From Smithellaceae bacterium (GTDB taxonomy: Bacteria > Desulfobacterota > Syntrophia > Syntrophales > Smithellaceae), in the NCBI GenBank assembly GCA_963667845.2, contig CAXXVL010000002.1, positions 352,001-416,000 on the forward strand: DNA of 64,000 bases. The letters are read 5' to 3'. The notes below the pieces were generated by a model. The model searched no databases. It was given only the letters and a program-made list of their open reading frames with translations, and was not told the DNA's origin. This document shows positions 27,901 through 40,858 of the stretch, one piece after another; positions within the stretch are counted from its first letter, which is position 1, and the number at the start of each line of letters is the position of its first letter. The position numbers and the translations under genes were made by a program.

Positions 27901-28713
27901 GTACTTAGCGGAAAAACCATTGCCGATCTTCTGCTCCTTCTGAAATATGCAGCGGGCAAATTGCCTCTGCAGGATATCCGCCATGAATTCAAAGGTGAAG
28001 ACGGCCTGATTTCTCCTTTCGATCTCCTCGATGTCTCGCTGGGCACGGCGATTGACGAACTCACCCGCCCCATCGACGCAATTCGTCATCAAGCCAAAAC
28101 CGTCACGGTGGGAACAAGCCGGAAGGAAAAAGAAATCAAAGGCATCATTTTCGACCTGCTGGAAACCCTCAGTTTTTCCATGAAAAATTTAACGTATCGC
28201 AATATCCTGACGCTGAATCGCGTTCAACCTGCTATCGCATTGATTCGTGGTTACACGCTCTATGGGATCCGGGATCTTGACGAGCAGGGAAATCCCGCGG
28301 ACAGCACACTTATTGAGATCCTGAAGAAAGACGGCGTGGCAGCGCAGATGAAATCCCGCTCTGATCAGCCCACGGTGCTGATGGGCACAAAAAGGACCAT
28401 TGTGAGCACCGGCCATGTCCATGTTGGAAAAGGAAAATCGGACGGGGCATCGATTCTTGTCATACCGCTTCTGGAAGAAAATAACATCATCGCGAATCTC
28501 CTTTTGCTTCATATCGATTACAACGAAATGCTGCCGCTTGCCGCGAAAAGAGATGTTCTGGGATATCGTTACGACGATATACGCAACCTCGTCAATGAAT
28601 ACAATCTACCCTGGCAGGATGATCACCTGAAATCCCTATCGCTCGAATCGCTTTTCTGCGAACCGATCGAAGTGATCGCCGGACAGATAAGATCCCGGAT
28701 CAGTCAATCCTAG
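24994..28713 (+). CDS. glmS: Long-form glutamine--fructose-6-phosphate aminotransferase (1239 aa)
   Basis: CGFAG, RLEVRGRDSAG, HTRWAS, NCHP, NGDIDN and TDT in the glutaminase domain; TQSGTTTDT and SVASTKAF in the SIS domain; located near glmM. Confidence 0.85.
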   Translation: MCTNLFRSLKNFLGLIARCRVFIGLHPDRIQAPAIIFFPLLQGQLNCGFAGLITCRLQEIPPDRSDDLTIATLWGKIKKAGLQTILSGENTAETFLDGVKTVQALNDAVLELKREQAQEVLFFETDRAASLSKITGEMNKFLTTTERILDDQAAAISSADLETINGRMIQLKDICWMLEKDILANLQKILALTGIEKPSAVKPTAFRKYRKLNLLLNALDRLEVRGRDSAGLQLNFTLKNGKELHTIMRQIQANGLSDDFQRRTQKYDLLNGSIFVSNDRPDSSDGVNVTFTYKTFSIVGELGRNVTDLRKSIREDRILHYFAVAESACETALTHTRWASVGSITELNCHPVNNFAINCPPSVCPFYPGREVQINTVLNGDIDNYPALRDALEADGELIAPEMTTDTKIIPLQIEKYLKAGKDLAEAFRLAVNDFAGSHAIVMQSNLEPGKMFLALKGSGQSIYVGINADQYMFSSELYGLVEVMPRFLKMNGETGNGTGGGQIFILDQNRGNGLAGISACFYNGTVIKLTDNLLQTAEITTRDIDRSDYPHYFLKEISESALSIRRTLRGKYRISTSGRSAPHVTFNFGADMVPASVRRGLQKGSIKNIIVIGHGTAAVAGQAVADALSHYLKGTPLYIVPRIASELSGFGLKDDLTDTLIIPITQSGTTTDTNRAVAMARERGAYIISIVNRRQSDITAKSHGVFYTSDGRDIEMSVASTKAFYAQIIAGQLLALYFAQLLGSRSDEAIADALRHLESAPQQMNRLFENRDAIAASVRQAVSKRHWAVVGSGPNKAAADEIRIKLSELCYRTISSDIVENKKHIDLSAEPLILVCASGNPQAVMEDVVKDVAIFKAHKATVIVFADEGDHRFDHVADAVIPIPVAPAPLPVILNTMAGHLWGYYAARAIDEGAQILREFRSRLTAELMERTKKSLSIIDMIADTSFRRIINEFYTVFNQHRLNGSFSVLSGKTIADLLLLLKYAAGKLPLQDIRHEFKGEDGLISPFDLLDVSLGTAIDELTRPIDAIRHQAKTVTVGTSRKEKEIKGIIFDLLETLSFSMKNLTYRNILTLNRVQPAIALIRGYTLYGIRDLDEQGNPADSTLIEILKKDGVAAQMKSRSDQPTVLMGTKRTIVSTGHVHVGKGKSDGASILVIPLLEENNIIANLLLLHIDYNEMLPLAAKRDVLGYRYDDIRNLVNEYNLPWQDDHLKSLSLESLFCEPIEVIAGQIRSRISQS

Positions 28714-28903
28714 ATTCTTTAATCAATCCATCACAATATCGATGTGGTTCTCCGCACACAGGAACCTTCGCACACGTCTGCCTGTGAATAAATTGAACAA
28801 AATTGAACCATAAAAATAATAAAAAAACAAAAATGTGTTTGACAAAAATGTCGTTTCTCAGTAGGAATACGGCAAACGATTGCCGTTTGCCGACAGGAGC
28901 CCG

Positions 28904-29905
28904 ATGAAGCAACTTTTTAAGCCGGAAGACATTGAACGAAAAGCCATCCTCATTCTGAAGATTCTCCACGAAAGTCCGGATCCTCTGGGCGCGCGGGTGA
29001 TCGCACGGAAAATGGCGGAGCGAGACGTCCAGTTAAGTGAACGGACGGTCCGCTACCACCTCAAGTTCATGGATGAGCGGGGACTCACCAAGCTTGTGGG
29101 CCGGCGCGACGGCCGGATGATTACCAAGCAGGGCCTTGCCGAAATTTTAGATGCGCGCGTCCAGGACAAGATTGGTCTCTCCATCTCCCGCATCGACGTG
29201 CTCTCCTTCCGGACCACATTTGATCTGAAAAAGAAGCGCGGCCTGGTGCCGGTCAATATTTCTTTCTTTCCCAAGGATCAGTTTCAGCAGGCGCTCCAAA
29301 TCATGAAACCTGTCTTTCATAAAAATCTGGCCGTCAGTTCGCGTGTCGCCATGGCCGCTGCCGGCAAAACACTCGGTGATGTCGTCGTGCCGCCGGGTAA
29401 GGTGGGTCTGGCCACCATCTGCAGCATCATTATCAACGGCGTACTGCTCAAATACGGCATTCCCATCGATTCCAAATTCGGCGGAATTCTTCAGATCCGC
29501 AAAGGTGAGATCCTCCGGTTTGTGGAACTCATTCACTATGCCGGTTCTTCACTCGATCCGTCGGAAATATTCATCCGCGGCAAGATGACGTCCGTCCTGG
29601 ACGTCGTTACTAAAGGCGAAGGAAAGATTCTGGCCAATTTCCGTGAAATTCCCTCGCTTAGCCGCACGCTGGTTGACGGCGTCGTTGAAGATTTCGCCAA
29701 AGCGGGCATTAACGGCGTTTTGTCCATCGGGGATATCGGTCATCCTTTGTGTCAGACGCAGGTGGATGTCAACAAGATTGGAGTGATTCTGGTGGGCGGT
29801 CTCAATCCCGTCGCTGCGACCCACGAAGAAGGTCTGGACGTGGACAACAAGGCCATGTCCACCGTGATGGAGTTTGAGAAGCTGCAGAGCATTGAAACGC
29901 TTTAG
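28904..29905 (+). CDS. nrpR: NrpR-family transcriptional regulator (wHTH plus DUF128)
   Basis: PLGARVIA...SERTVRYHL, VPVNIS, ATICS, GSSLDPSEIF, ILANFREIP, GGLNPVAA. Confidence 0.85.
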   Translation: MKQLFKPEDIERKAILILKILHESPDPLGARVIARKMAERDVQLSERTVRYHLKFMDERGLTKLVGRRDGRMITKQGLAEILDARVQDKIGLSISRIDVLSFRTTFDLKKKRGLVPVNISFFPKDQFQQALQIMKPVFHKNLAVSSRVAMAAAGKTLGDVVVPPGKVGLATICSIIINGVLLKYGIPIDSKFGGILQIRKGEILRFVELIHYAGSSLDPSEIFIRGKMTSVLDVVTKGEGKILANFREIPSLSRTLVDGVVEDFAKAGINGVLSIGDIGHPLCQTQVDVNKIGVILVGGLNPVAATHEEGLDVDNKAMSTVMEFEKLQSIETL

Positions 29906-29981
29906 TCCATATAGAAGAGATTTTCATGTGCAATCCATAAAGCATGAAGGTAAATAAAAAACTATTTTAGAGGAGGAATAA

Positions 29982-31340
<1,359 letters not shown>

Positions 31341-31416
31341 GTAATTCTATTGTAGAGGCGATGACTCGGCGTTCTTTAAGGCGTTGGGGCATCGCCTCCG
31401 CAAGCAGGGAGCCTGG

Positions 31417-32655
31417 ATGGATTTTCAACCAAAATCCTCTGAGAAAATACGCCGACTGCTGGACAAGGGCGTGGACATAAGCAATCCAGGGACGCTCGAC
31501 ATCGGCGATGAAGTCAACATTTACCATATCTCGTCTCAGGACGTTAAGATCTATCCGGGATGCCGAATTTACGGCCAAGATACCGTTATTTCGGCGGGCT
31601 GCAAAATAGGGGCCGAGGCTCCCGCAACGATAGATAACTGCCGGCTGGGCTCCCGCGTTCAATTGAAAGGCGGTTATTTTCGAGAGTCCGTCTTCCTGGA
31701 CGGGGTCAGCCTGGGATCGGGCGCGTCGGTCCGGGAAGGCTGTGTTCTGGAAGAACAAGCCAGCGGCGCCCACTCGGTCGGATTGAAGCAGACCATTCTT
31801 TTCCCCTTCGTCACGCTGGGCAGCCTGATCAACTTCTGCGACTGCCTCATGGCCGGCGGCACAAGCCGCAAGCATCACAGTGAAGTCGGCAGTTCCTACA
31901 TCCATTTTAATTTTACACCCGATGGCGACAAGGCCACACCCTCTTTGATCGGGGATGTCCCCAGGGGCGTCATGCTCAATCAGCCACCGGTCTTTCTGGG
32001 CGGTCAGGGCGGCCTGGTCGGGCCATTGCGCATCGGATACGGTAATGTCGTGGCGGCAGGCTCCGTGCTGCGACGAGACTATCTTGAAGACAATCAATTG
32101 ATCTTTGATCCGCCGCCGCACCCGCGTACCATAGATTTCATTCCTGCGGCTTATCCTCATCTTCGGCGCGTTCTGGACAATAACATCTTTTACCTCGCCA
32201 ATATCAAAGCCCTGGAAGCATGGTATGCGCATGTGAGAAAGCCTTTTTTTGAAGTCCAGGAATTTGGTTCACTCCTTTGCAGCGGTGCGCTGGCGCAACT
32301 TGCCGGGGCAGAAAAAGAACGTCTGCAGCGACTGAAAGCGATGGTTGAAAAGGCGGCATCCCCGTCCCTGAATCAGACGATGCCGGGAAGGATCGACGAA
32401 AGGCGAGCTTTTAGCGAACGCTTCTCAGATATCGAAAATGCGTTCCGTGAACCAATACAGGACAACAACATCGAAAGAGCCCGGGACTTATTCCTTGGCT
32501 ACATCGCGAAGCCTGATAAAATTTTCACTACACCCTATGTCGACGCCATCCGGAATCTTCCGCCTGACGCGGTTACAAGCGGCGTCAAATGGCTTCATGG
32601 CATTGTGGATTATTATTGCCAAAGAGCCTCATCAATGCTATCCTTTTCCCGTTAA
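31417..32655 (+). CDS. GlmU-related left-handed beta-helix protein
   Basis: LLDKGVDISNP...I N-terminus resembles the GlmU acetyltransferase half; hexapeptide repeats; lies directly upstream of glmM. Confidence 0.6.
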   Translation: MDFQPKSSEKIRRLLDKGVDISNPGTLDIGDEVNIYHISSQDVKIYPGCRIYGQDTVISAGCKIGAEAPATIDNCRLGSRVQLKGGYFRESVFLDGVSLGSGASVREGCVLEEQASGAHSVGLKQTILFPFVTLGSLINFCDCLMAGGTSRKHHSEVGSSYIHFNFTPDGDKATPSLIGDVPRGVMLNQPPVFLGGQGGLVGPLRIGYGNVVAAGSVLRRDYLEDNQLIFDPPPHPRTIDFIPAAYPHLRRVLDNNIFYLANIKALEAWYAHVRKPFFEVQEFGSLLCSGALAQLAGAEKERLQRLKAMVEKAASPSLNQTMPGRIDERRAFSERFSDIENAFREPIQDNNIERARDLFLGYIAKPDKIFTTPYVDAIRNLPPDAVTSGVKWLHGIVDYYCQRASSMLSFSR

Positions 32656-32679
32656 TTCAAGATATCTTCGCTCGGGATA

Positions 32680-34035
32680 ATGGACATGGGTAAGTTATTC
32701 GGAACCGACGGAATCAGAGGAGAGGCAAACCGCTTTCCGGTGAATGCGGAGATCGCCTTCAAAGTCGGTCAAACCGTCGCATATCTGTTCAAAAGAAACA
32801 GCCACCGGGCCCGAGTGATTATCGGGAAAGATACGCGTATCTCCGGTTATATGCTGGAAAGCTCACTGGAGGCCGGTATTACCTCCATGGGAGGTGAACC
32901 CTATCTGGTCGGTGTCCTGCCGACCCCCGGGATCGCCTTTATCACGCAGAGCATGCGCGCGGACGCCGGTATCGTCATTTCCGCCTCGCACAATCCCTAT
33001 CAGGATAACGGACTGAAAATTTTCGATGCCAACGGGTTCAAACTGACCGACGCGCAGGAGAATGCCATCGAAGACATGATTCTGGGCGATAAACTTGCCG
33101 AGCTTCTGCCTCACGCAAAAGCAATGGGAAAAGCGTTTCGCATGGATGACATCCGCGGCCGATATATCGTTTTCCTGAAAAATTCTTTTCCCCGCAACCT
33201 GTCGATGGAATCCATGAAGATTGTCCTGGATACATCCAACGGCGCCACGTATCGGGTCGCACCCGACGCCTTTCTGGAACTCGGCGCCGACGTTGAAGTG
33301 ATTCACAACACCCCCAACGGCTTTAATATCAACGACGGGTGCGGATCTCAGCACACGGAGGATCTGAGGCATACCGTTCTTAAAAGCGGGGCGGCCATCG
33401 GACTCGCTTTTGACGGCGACGGGGACCGGCTGATCGCCGTGGATGAAAAAGGAAACGAAATCAGCGGAGATCAGATACTCATCATCTGCGCCTACATCCT
33501 GAAAAAAGAAGGCCTTTTAAGAAATGATCTCCTCGTGAGCACCGTCATGAGTAATCTGGGGTTGAGGGTCGCCTGCAAGAAATACGGATTCCGGCATCAT
33601 GCATCCAATGTCGGCGATCGGTATGTCCTGGCCGATATGCTGCGCCTCAAAGCCATCATCGGAGGCGAAGACGCCGGGCATATGATATTCCTCGAACATC
33701 ATAAGACGGGAGACGGCATCATAGCGGCCATGCAGCTCATTGCCGCGATGCTCAAAGAAGGCAAACCGCTGTCCGAACTTTCACATCTGATGGATGTTTT
33801 TCCACAGAAACTGATCAATATCAATGTGGGCAGCAAACCGGAAATTACCGACCGTCCCCGGATCATGGAGAGTATCCGTGAAGTGGAAAGTGCATTGGGC
33901 GATGAAGGGCGGGTTCTGGTCAGATACTCCGGCACTCAAAACATGTGCCGCGTTATGGTGGAAGGTCCGTCGCGTGAACTCACGGAAAAATATTGCCAGC
34001 AGATCGCTGACGTGGTAAAAAGCGACATCGGTTGA
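32680..34035 (+). CDS. glmM: Phosphoglucosamine mutase
   Basis: LFGTDGIRG, GKDTRISG, VISASHNP, FDGDGDR, VRYSGT. Confidence 0.96.
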   Translation: MDMGKLFGTDGIRGEANRFPVNAEIAFKVGQTVAYLFKRNSHRARVIIGKDTRISGYMLESSLEAGITSMGGEPYLVGVLPTPGIAFITQSMRADAGIVISASHNPYQDNGLKIFDANGFKLTDAQENAIEDMILGDKLAELLPHAKAMGKAFRMDDIRGRYIVFLKNSFPRNLSMESMKIVLDTSNGATYRVAPDAFLELGADVEVIHNTPNGFNINDGCGSQHTEDLRHTVLKSGAAIGLAFDGDGDRLIAVDEKGNEISGDQILIICAYILKKEGLLRNDLLVSTVMSNLGLRVACKKYGFRHHASNVGDRYVLADMLRLKAIIGGEDAGHMIFLEHHKTGDGIIAAMQLIAAMLKEGKPLSELSHLMDVFPQKLININVGSKPEITDRPRIMESIREVESALGDEGRVLVRYSGTQNMCRVMVEGPSRELTEKYCQQIADVVKSDIG

Positions 34036-34063
34036 TCGTGGTCTTAAATTCGGATCCCGTTAG

Positions 34064-35788
<1,725 letters not shown>

Positions 35789-35808
35789 AGGGTTCCTGGA
35801 ATTGAACG

Positions 35809-37779
35809 TCAGGAGGCAGGTGGAGTGAAAGGGATGGTGATTTTATAAACGCCGCCGGACAGAACCGTCTGTACCGGATAGGGCGCCTTTTCGTAAACTT
35901 TCAACATGGCCCTGTTGTTTTCCAGGACATCGGCCTTCAGTCCGACAATGCCTTCTTCCCGCGCCGCGCGAATCAGAAGATTGAAAAGATACGTTGAGAT
36001 ACCCATCCCCTGATATTGCTCATCCACGATGAACGCGCTATCGGCATAGGGATCTCCCTGCGACCGGGCATAGCGGGCCTCGCCGATGATCTTTTCCAGA
36101 CCGGACTCGTCAATGATGGCCACAATGGACATGGTATAACGGTAATCCACATTGACATATTCCTGCATCTTTTTATGGGGCATGGTCTTGATCGGGCTGA
36201 AATAACGGTAATAGACCGACTGATCGGAAAACCGGTAAAACAGCCGGCGCATCTCCTCTTCATCGGATGGCTTGATCGCCCGGAAACGGACGACCAGACT
36301 GTCTTTGAATCTGTGCGAGCAGCCGATCTTGTCCGGATAAAGATGGCCGGATTCGGCAAAATAGATTTGATCGGCGTAGATCATTTTCGCCTCTTTGGCC
36401 TGCCTGACCAGCTCAGCGCGATCGTCGGGATGCGCTATTTCAATGAGCGCCTGCGCGCGTTCACGCAGCGTCTTTCCCATCAGATAAGCAACGCCATACT
36501 CGGTCACCACGACATCCATGGATTCACGATTGGTAAACTGAAAAGGATATTTATCCAGGGAAGGAAGGATATTGGGTTGACCCTTGCGGTTACGGCTGGG
36601 CAGTGCAAACACCGTCCGGCCGCTTTTGGAAAGAGCGGCCCCCATAAAGAGCTCCAGGACGTTGCCGGGGCCTGCGGTGACATTACCTTTGCCGGTGTGC
36701 AGCGCGACATCGCCGGTCAAGTCTACTTTTCTTGCCGGGAAAATGGCCACCATGTTGTCATTGCGGCCGATCACCCGCGGATCCATGACGATATCCTGCG
36801 GCTGAAATTCAACGAGCGAATTCAGATCCAGCCAGGACATCAGCTCCTTGGTGCCGAGGACATGGGATGCACAGGATTTGCCTCGAAAAATGCTTTTATA
36901 ACGATTGGTCACCGCGCCGCTTTTCACCAGGTCCATCAGGGCATCGGTAAAAAAAGGCGAATGCACACCCAGATTTTTCTTCGTCGCCAGCGTTTTGGCC
37001 AGCGCTTCATAGAGCGGTCCGATGCCGTAGGAAATACAATTGCCGTCCTGAATAACGGACGCAACATTAACGGCAATTTTCAGATAAACATCCTGAAGCG
37101 GCCAGCGCCGCACATAATAGGGAGGCTCGGTCCCCTCGACCAGATAGTGAAAATCATCCATATTCACCAGCGTATCGCCCATGGTCCGGGGAATCCGGTC
37201 ATTGATTTCGCCGACGATGATCTTCGCCATTTCCATGGCCTGCCGTTCCACGGACGCACCTACCAGATAAGCGTATCCGTTATCATCGGGCGGCGTCACC
37301 TGAATAAATGCCACATCAATATTGATGGCCCCGGATTGAAAGAGCCACGGCACCCGTGAAAAACGGCTGGGGATCAGATCAACGCGCCCCTGGCTGATGG
37401 CGTCGGAGGCAATCCAGCCGGAGAAAAATGTCTTCAAACGAAATTTCCGGGCGTAGCGTTCATCAATGGCCACGGCGTCACCCAGGCTGACCAGTTGAAT
37501 CAGCTCCAGATCCTGGAGGTTAAACTGATCGGACTCCATGAGGTGTTTAACCAGCGTGCGGGGTTCGGCCATGCCCGTTCCGAGAAAAATACTCATGCCC
37601 GGATCAATCTTATCCAGCACATCCTTGGGTGATACAATTTTCTGCTTCCACATAATTTCTTGCCCATCGCTACTCGGAATGTTTTCAGAAACCGCTGTGC
37701 TCAGGTTTTTCTTTCTGTTACGTCCACAAAGTGTTTTTCGAACTTTACGGTATAAAGATCTTGCCTTGCCTTCAGTCAT
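35809..37779 (-). CDS. Acetyl-CoA hydrolase/transferase fused to a C-terminal GNAT domain (start uncertain)
   Basis: VDLTGDV, DVVVTEYGVAYL, RERAQALIEIAHPDDR; GNAT motifs YQGMGIS and NRAMLKVY. Confidence 0.85.
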   Translation of the reverse strand: MTEGKARSLYRKVRKTLCGRNRKKNLSTAVSENIPSSDGQEIMWKQKIVSPKDVLDKIDPGMSIFLGTGMAEPRTLVKHLMESDQFNLQDLELIQLVSLGDAVAIDERYARKFRLKTFFSGWIASDAISQGRVDLIPSRFSRVPWLFQSGAINIDVAFIQVTPPDDNGYAYLVGASVERQAMEMAKIIVGEINDRIPRTMGDTLVNMDDFHYLVEGTEPPYYVRRWPLQDVYLKIAVNVASVIQDGNCISYGIGPLYEALAKTLATKKNLGVHSPFFTDALMDLVKSGAVTNRYKSIFRGKSCASHVLGTKELMSWLDLNSLVEFQPQDIVMDPRVIGRNDNMVAIFPARKVDLTGDVALHTGKGNVTAGPGNVLELFMGAALSKSGRTVFALPSRNRKGQPNILPSLDKYPFQFTNRESMDVVVTEYGVAYLMGKTLRERAQALIEIAHPDDRAELVRQAKEAKMIYADQIYFAESGHLYPDKIGCSHRFKDSLVVRFRAIKPSDEEEMRRLFYRFSDQSVYYRYFSPIKTMPHKKMQEYVNVDYRYTMSIVAIIDESGLEKIIGEARYARSQGDPYADSAFIVDEQYQGMGISTYLFNLLIRAAREEGIVGLKADVLENNRAMLKVYEKAPYPVQTVLSGGVYKITIPFTPPAS

Positions 37780-37841
37780 GATGGCCGCGCCTCATGCCGA
37801 TACCGGATGGGGACAGCCGACGAGAATTCATTTGCGGAATA

Positions 37842-39035
37842 TCAATCAAACATTTCCTTGTCCCGCCGGTACCAGTAATCGGGGAAAAGACGATACATGA
37901 CCCTGGAGAAGGGACCGATGTATTCATTCTTCCTTTTATCGAACTGACAGGCATGAATGATCATGTCTTTAATCGCTTCCTTGGTGCCCCCTTTGTTAAA
38001 TATCGTGTAAGCGCACGAAAAAAGCGGGCTATACATATTTTTCTTTTCCAGGTATTTATAGACGTTGCGAATCGTGTTGGGGCCTTCCGGCGTGCCGTCA
38101 ATCCTGCCGAGCACCCGGAGATTGGTTTCAATGGGATTACCGCTGTAGAGCTCATAAAAATGCTTCCCGTAGCGGTAATTCTTACTGGCCAGGGAAGAAA
38201 CCGTGACATACATATCGCCGACACCGGCCTGAGAATGAAACGCCTGAAAACTCCCTCCTAAAAGGCGGGTGAGCGATCGGATTTCGACGCCGGCTCGGGC
38301 GAAGATGGTGCCTGGTATTGAATCTCCCAGGTCCAGCGAATCCGTCAGGCCCTTAATGTTGGCAACGATGTTCTTCAACGCGCCGCAGGCTTCCACGCCG
38401 ATCTTATCAAAATTGTAATAGGCATAGAGTTCCTTGCGGTTGAACATCAGCAGATAATCGCGAATAATATTAGCCGTGCGCCGGTTCCCCGCTACGGTCA
38501 GACAAACCGGCTTGCCCAGTGCGATGTCCATGTCAAAAAAAGGTCCGCCGATACAGGCCACCTGATACTTATGCTCCAGATTATACAAATGATTGTGAAT
38601 CAGTTGAGACGGCGTGATCAATTCGGTGGATATTTCGTCGGATTTTAATCCCTTGATCGGCGAAATCAGGCAGGTATCCCCGGCCTTCTTATCAATCATC
38701 GGCTTCAGATAATTGAGCAATTCCGGCAACCGATTCATGGTGACGGACAGAATAATGAAATCGTTATTTTCGACAATATGCTCCAGGTCGTTTGTGGCAT
38801 AGACCTTCGGCGACAGGCGCGGAACCTTATCCATGCCGCCCATCCGCTTGGCCAGATCTTCAGTTAAGTGAATAGGATTTAAGCGATCCCGATTGATGGC
38901 CTTGCACACGTCCGAGTTGTGGTAATAGATGGCGACCCGTTTATTGTCACGTCCCAATTTGTAAGCGAACGATGTACCCAAACGTCCCGGTCCGATAATG
39001 GCGACTCTCGTGGTATCTAAATTGGAAACGATCAT
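37842..39035 (-). CDS. gpsA: NAD(P)H-dependent glycerol-3-phosphate dehydrogenase
   Basis: GPGRLG Rossmann motif, IKG, GVEACGALKN, AGVGDMYVT, SKNYRYG, PEG. Confidence 0.8.
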   Translation of the reverse strand: MIVSNLDTTRVAIIGPGRLGTSFAYKLGRDNKRVAIYYHNSDVCKAINRDRLNPIHLTEDLAKRMGGMDKVPRLSPKVYATNDLEHIVENNDFIILSVTMNRLPELLNYLKPMIDKKAGDTCLISPIKGLKSDEISTELITPSQLIHNHLYNLEHKYQVACIGGPFFDMDIALGKPVCLTVAGNRRTANIIRDYLLMFNRKELYAYYNFDKIGVEACGALKNIVANIKGLTDSLDLGDSIPGTIFARAGVEIRSLTRLLGGSFQAFHSQAGVGDMYVTVSSLASKNYRYGKHFYELYSGNPIETNLRVLGRIDGTPEGPNTIRNVYKYLEKKNMYSPLFSCAYTIFNKGGTKEAIKDMIIHACQFDKRKNEYIGPFSRVMYRLFPDYWYRRDKEMFD

Positions 39036-39322
39036 TCCTCATCACTCTTCATTAAAAATTATGGACTTATTATAGGGAAGTCATCGTCCACATGTCAAAC
39101 CCTATTAGCCTTTTTGAAAAAAGTAAAATAAAATTTACCGGAAAACGGTGATTTTTAGTTGCATTATCCCCGAGGATTGTTTAAAAAATGAGGACTTCAT
39201 CGAAAGAACGAGACTGATATAAAATTCAACAGATGAGTCTTCCCCTGGAGGCGATACCGGCAACTGTCCAGTCTGTAGCTTGGGGAGAAATTCCGCACGA
39301 CACTTGAGGCAAATAAAATCTT

Positions 39323-39976
39323 ATGGCCCAGGAAGTAATTATTCACTATCCAAACGGAGCAATCAAAGAAAAAAAATATCTTGAGGACGGGAAAGTGGAA
39401 GGCGAGTATACAGCCTATTTCCCGGGCGGACAGATGATCACGCAGCTCCATTTTGTAAATGGCCGGCGAAACGGGCCCGCCGTCAGTTACTATTCCAATG
39501 GCCAGGTTCGAGAAAAAGCAAATTTTATCAACAACAAAATGGACGGCCCTTATATTTCCTATTTTGAAAATGGGCATGTACGGGAAGAGGAAAATTATCA
39601 AGACGGCAAACTGCACGGCCTTTACCGCCGCTACTTCAAAACGGGCGAACTGCGGGAAGAGGAAAATTTTCAAAATGGAAAGTTTGAAGGCCCCTACGCC
39701 GTTTATTATAAAAACGGGCAATTGAAGGAGAGCGGGTTTTTCAAGAACGATAAACGAGACGGCGACTACATTGCGTATTTCAAAAACGGGCGGGCCAAAG
39801 AGAAAGGAACCTACAAGAACGGCAATCTGGCGGGTACCTTTCTGACCTTTAACGAGAGTGGCGATCACAGGGATGAAGACGGCAGCGAAGACGCCGATTC
39901 GGCGCGCACCTGGGATGAGAAAGATGTCGCGAACTTGCTTGATGACCTGAGTCATTTTGACAAAAAGAAGAAATGA
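39323..39976 (+). CDS. MORN-variant repeat protein (YwqK-like)
   Basis: Seven repeats of YYxNGxxxExxxYxxGxxxG. Confidence 0.85.
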   Translation: MAQEVIIHYPNGAIKEKKYLEDGKVEGEYTAYFPGGQMITQLHFVNGRRNGPAVSYYSNGQVREKANFINNKMDGPYISYFENGHVREEENYQDGKLHGLYRRYFKTGELREEENFQNGKFEGPYAVYYKNGQLKESGFFKNDKRDGDYIAYFKNGRAKEKGTYKNGNLAGTFLTFNESGDHRDEDGSEDADSARTWDEKDVANLLDDLSHFDKKKK

Positions 39977-40005
39977 TCAAAGCCGAGGATAAGGAGGCAA
40001 ACGCC

Positions 40006-40845
40006 ATGATCAAGACCATACTCATTCCGGTTGATGGATCGCCCAACAGCGCCATAGCACTCGATTACGGAATCTATGTCGCACCGAAACTCGAGGCAAC
40101 AATCACGGGACTGCATGTCATCGATGTGTTTCTGATCCAGGGGCCGATGATGACCGATATTTCCGCCACCGTCGGTATGCCGCCCTATGATGGTTTTTTT
40201 GAGGCCGTCGAAACATCGTTGAAGGAAAAGGCTGATCTCCTGTTGAAAACGTTCGATGATCGTTGCCGAACGGCGGGCGTTCCCTGCGAGACAAAAAAGA
40301 ATATCGGCAAAATCAGCGATACTATTATTGAAGAAGCCGAAAATTCGGATTTGATCATCATGGCCAAGAAGGGCGAACACTTTCATTTAAAGGAAGGCGG
40401 CCTGATCGGGTCGGTCGCCGAAATCGTGATTCGTCGTTCCGGCAAACCGGTGATGGTCATTCCCGAAACCTTTCGAGAAATCGAAAGCATGGGACTGGCT
40501 TATGACGGCAGCGCTCCCGCCAAAAAAGCATTGGAGCTGTCTCTGAATATTTCTGAAAAAGCCAAGTGGCCCATCACCGTGCTGATCATCAATCCGGACA
40601 AGGCGAAGGCGGCGGATTTGTGCGCCCAGGTTGAAGACACGGCCCAGCAGGGGCTCGCCGATTGTGAAGTCATTATCTCCTCCGGAAAAGAAACGGATGA
40701 CATCCTCAAATTTATTCAGGAGGGAGCCGTCGAGTTGATGGTCATGGGTGCATACGGGCATAACCGTTTGCGAGAATGGCTTTTAGGCAGCACCACCGCA
40801 CACATCATCCACAAAAGCCCCATCCCCGTTTTATTGATACGCTGA
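40006..40845 (+). CDS. Universal stress protein (two USP domains)
   Basis: ILIPVDGS, GSVAE, AYDGS, MGAYGH, LLGSTT. Confidence 0.9.
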   Translation: MIKTILIPVDGSPNSAIALDYGIYVAPKLEATITGLHVIDVFLIQGPMMTDISATVGMPPYDGFFEAVETSLKEKADLLLKTFDDRCRTAGVPCETKKNIGKISDTIIEEAENSDLIIMAKKGEHFHLKEGGLIGSVAEIVIRRSGKPVMVIPETFREIESMGLAYDGSAPAKKALELSLNISEKAKWPITVLIINPDKAKAADLCAQVEDTAQQGLADCEVIISSGKETDDILKFIQEGAVELMVMGAYGHNRLREWLLGSTTAHIIHKSPIPVLLIR

Positions 40846-40858
40846 AAAATTCTGCCCC

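Noticed and set aside
36016..37359. 447-aa plus-strand ORF
   Set aside because: Antisense to the acetyl-CoA hydrolase/GNAT gene; typical GC-rich shadow ORF.
39195..39310. Possible riboswitch upstream of the MORN-repeat gene (TCTTCCCC...GGGGAGA stem)
   Set aside because: Some pairing is present but there is no match to a riboswitch consensus I can support.
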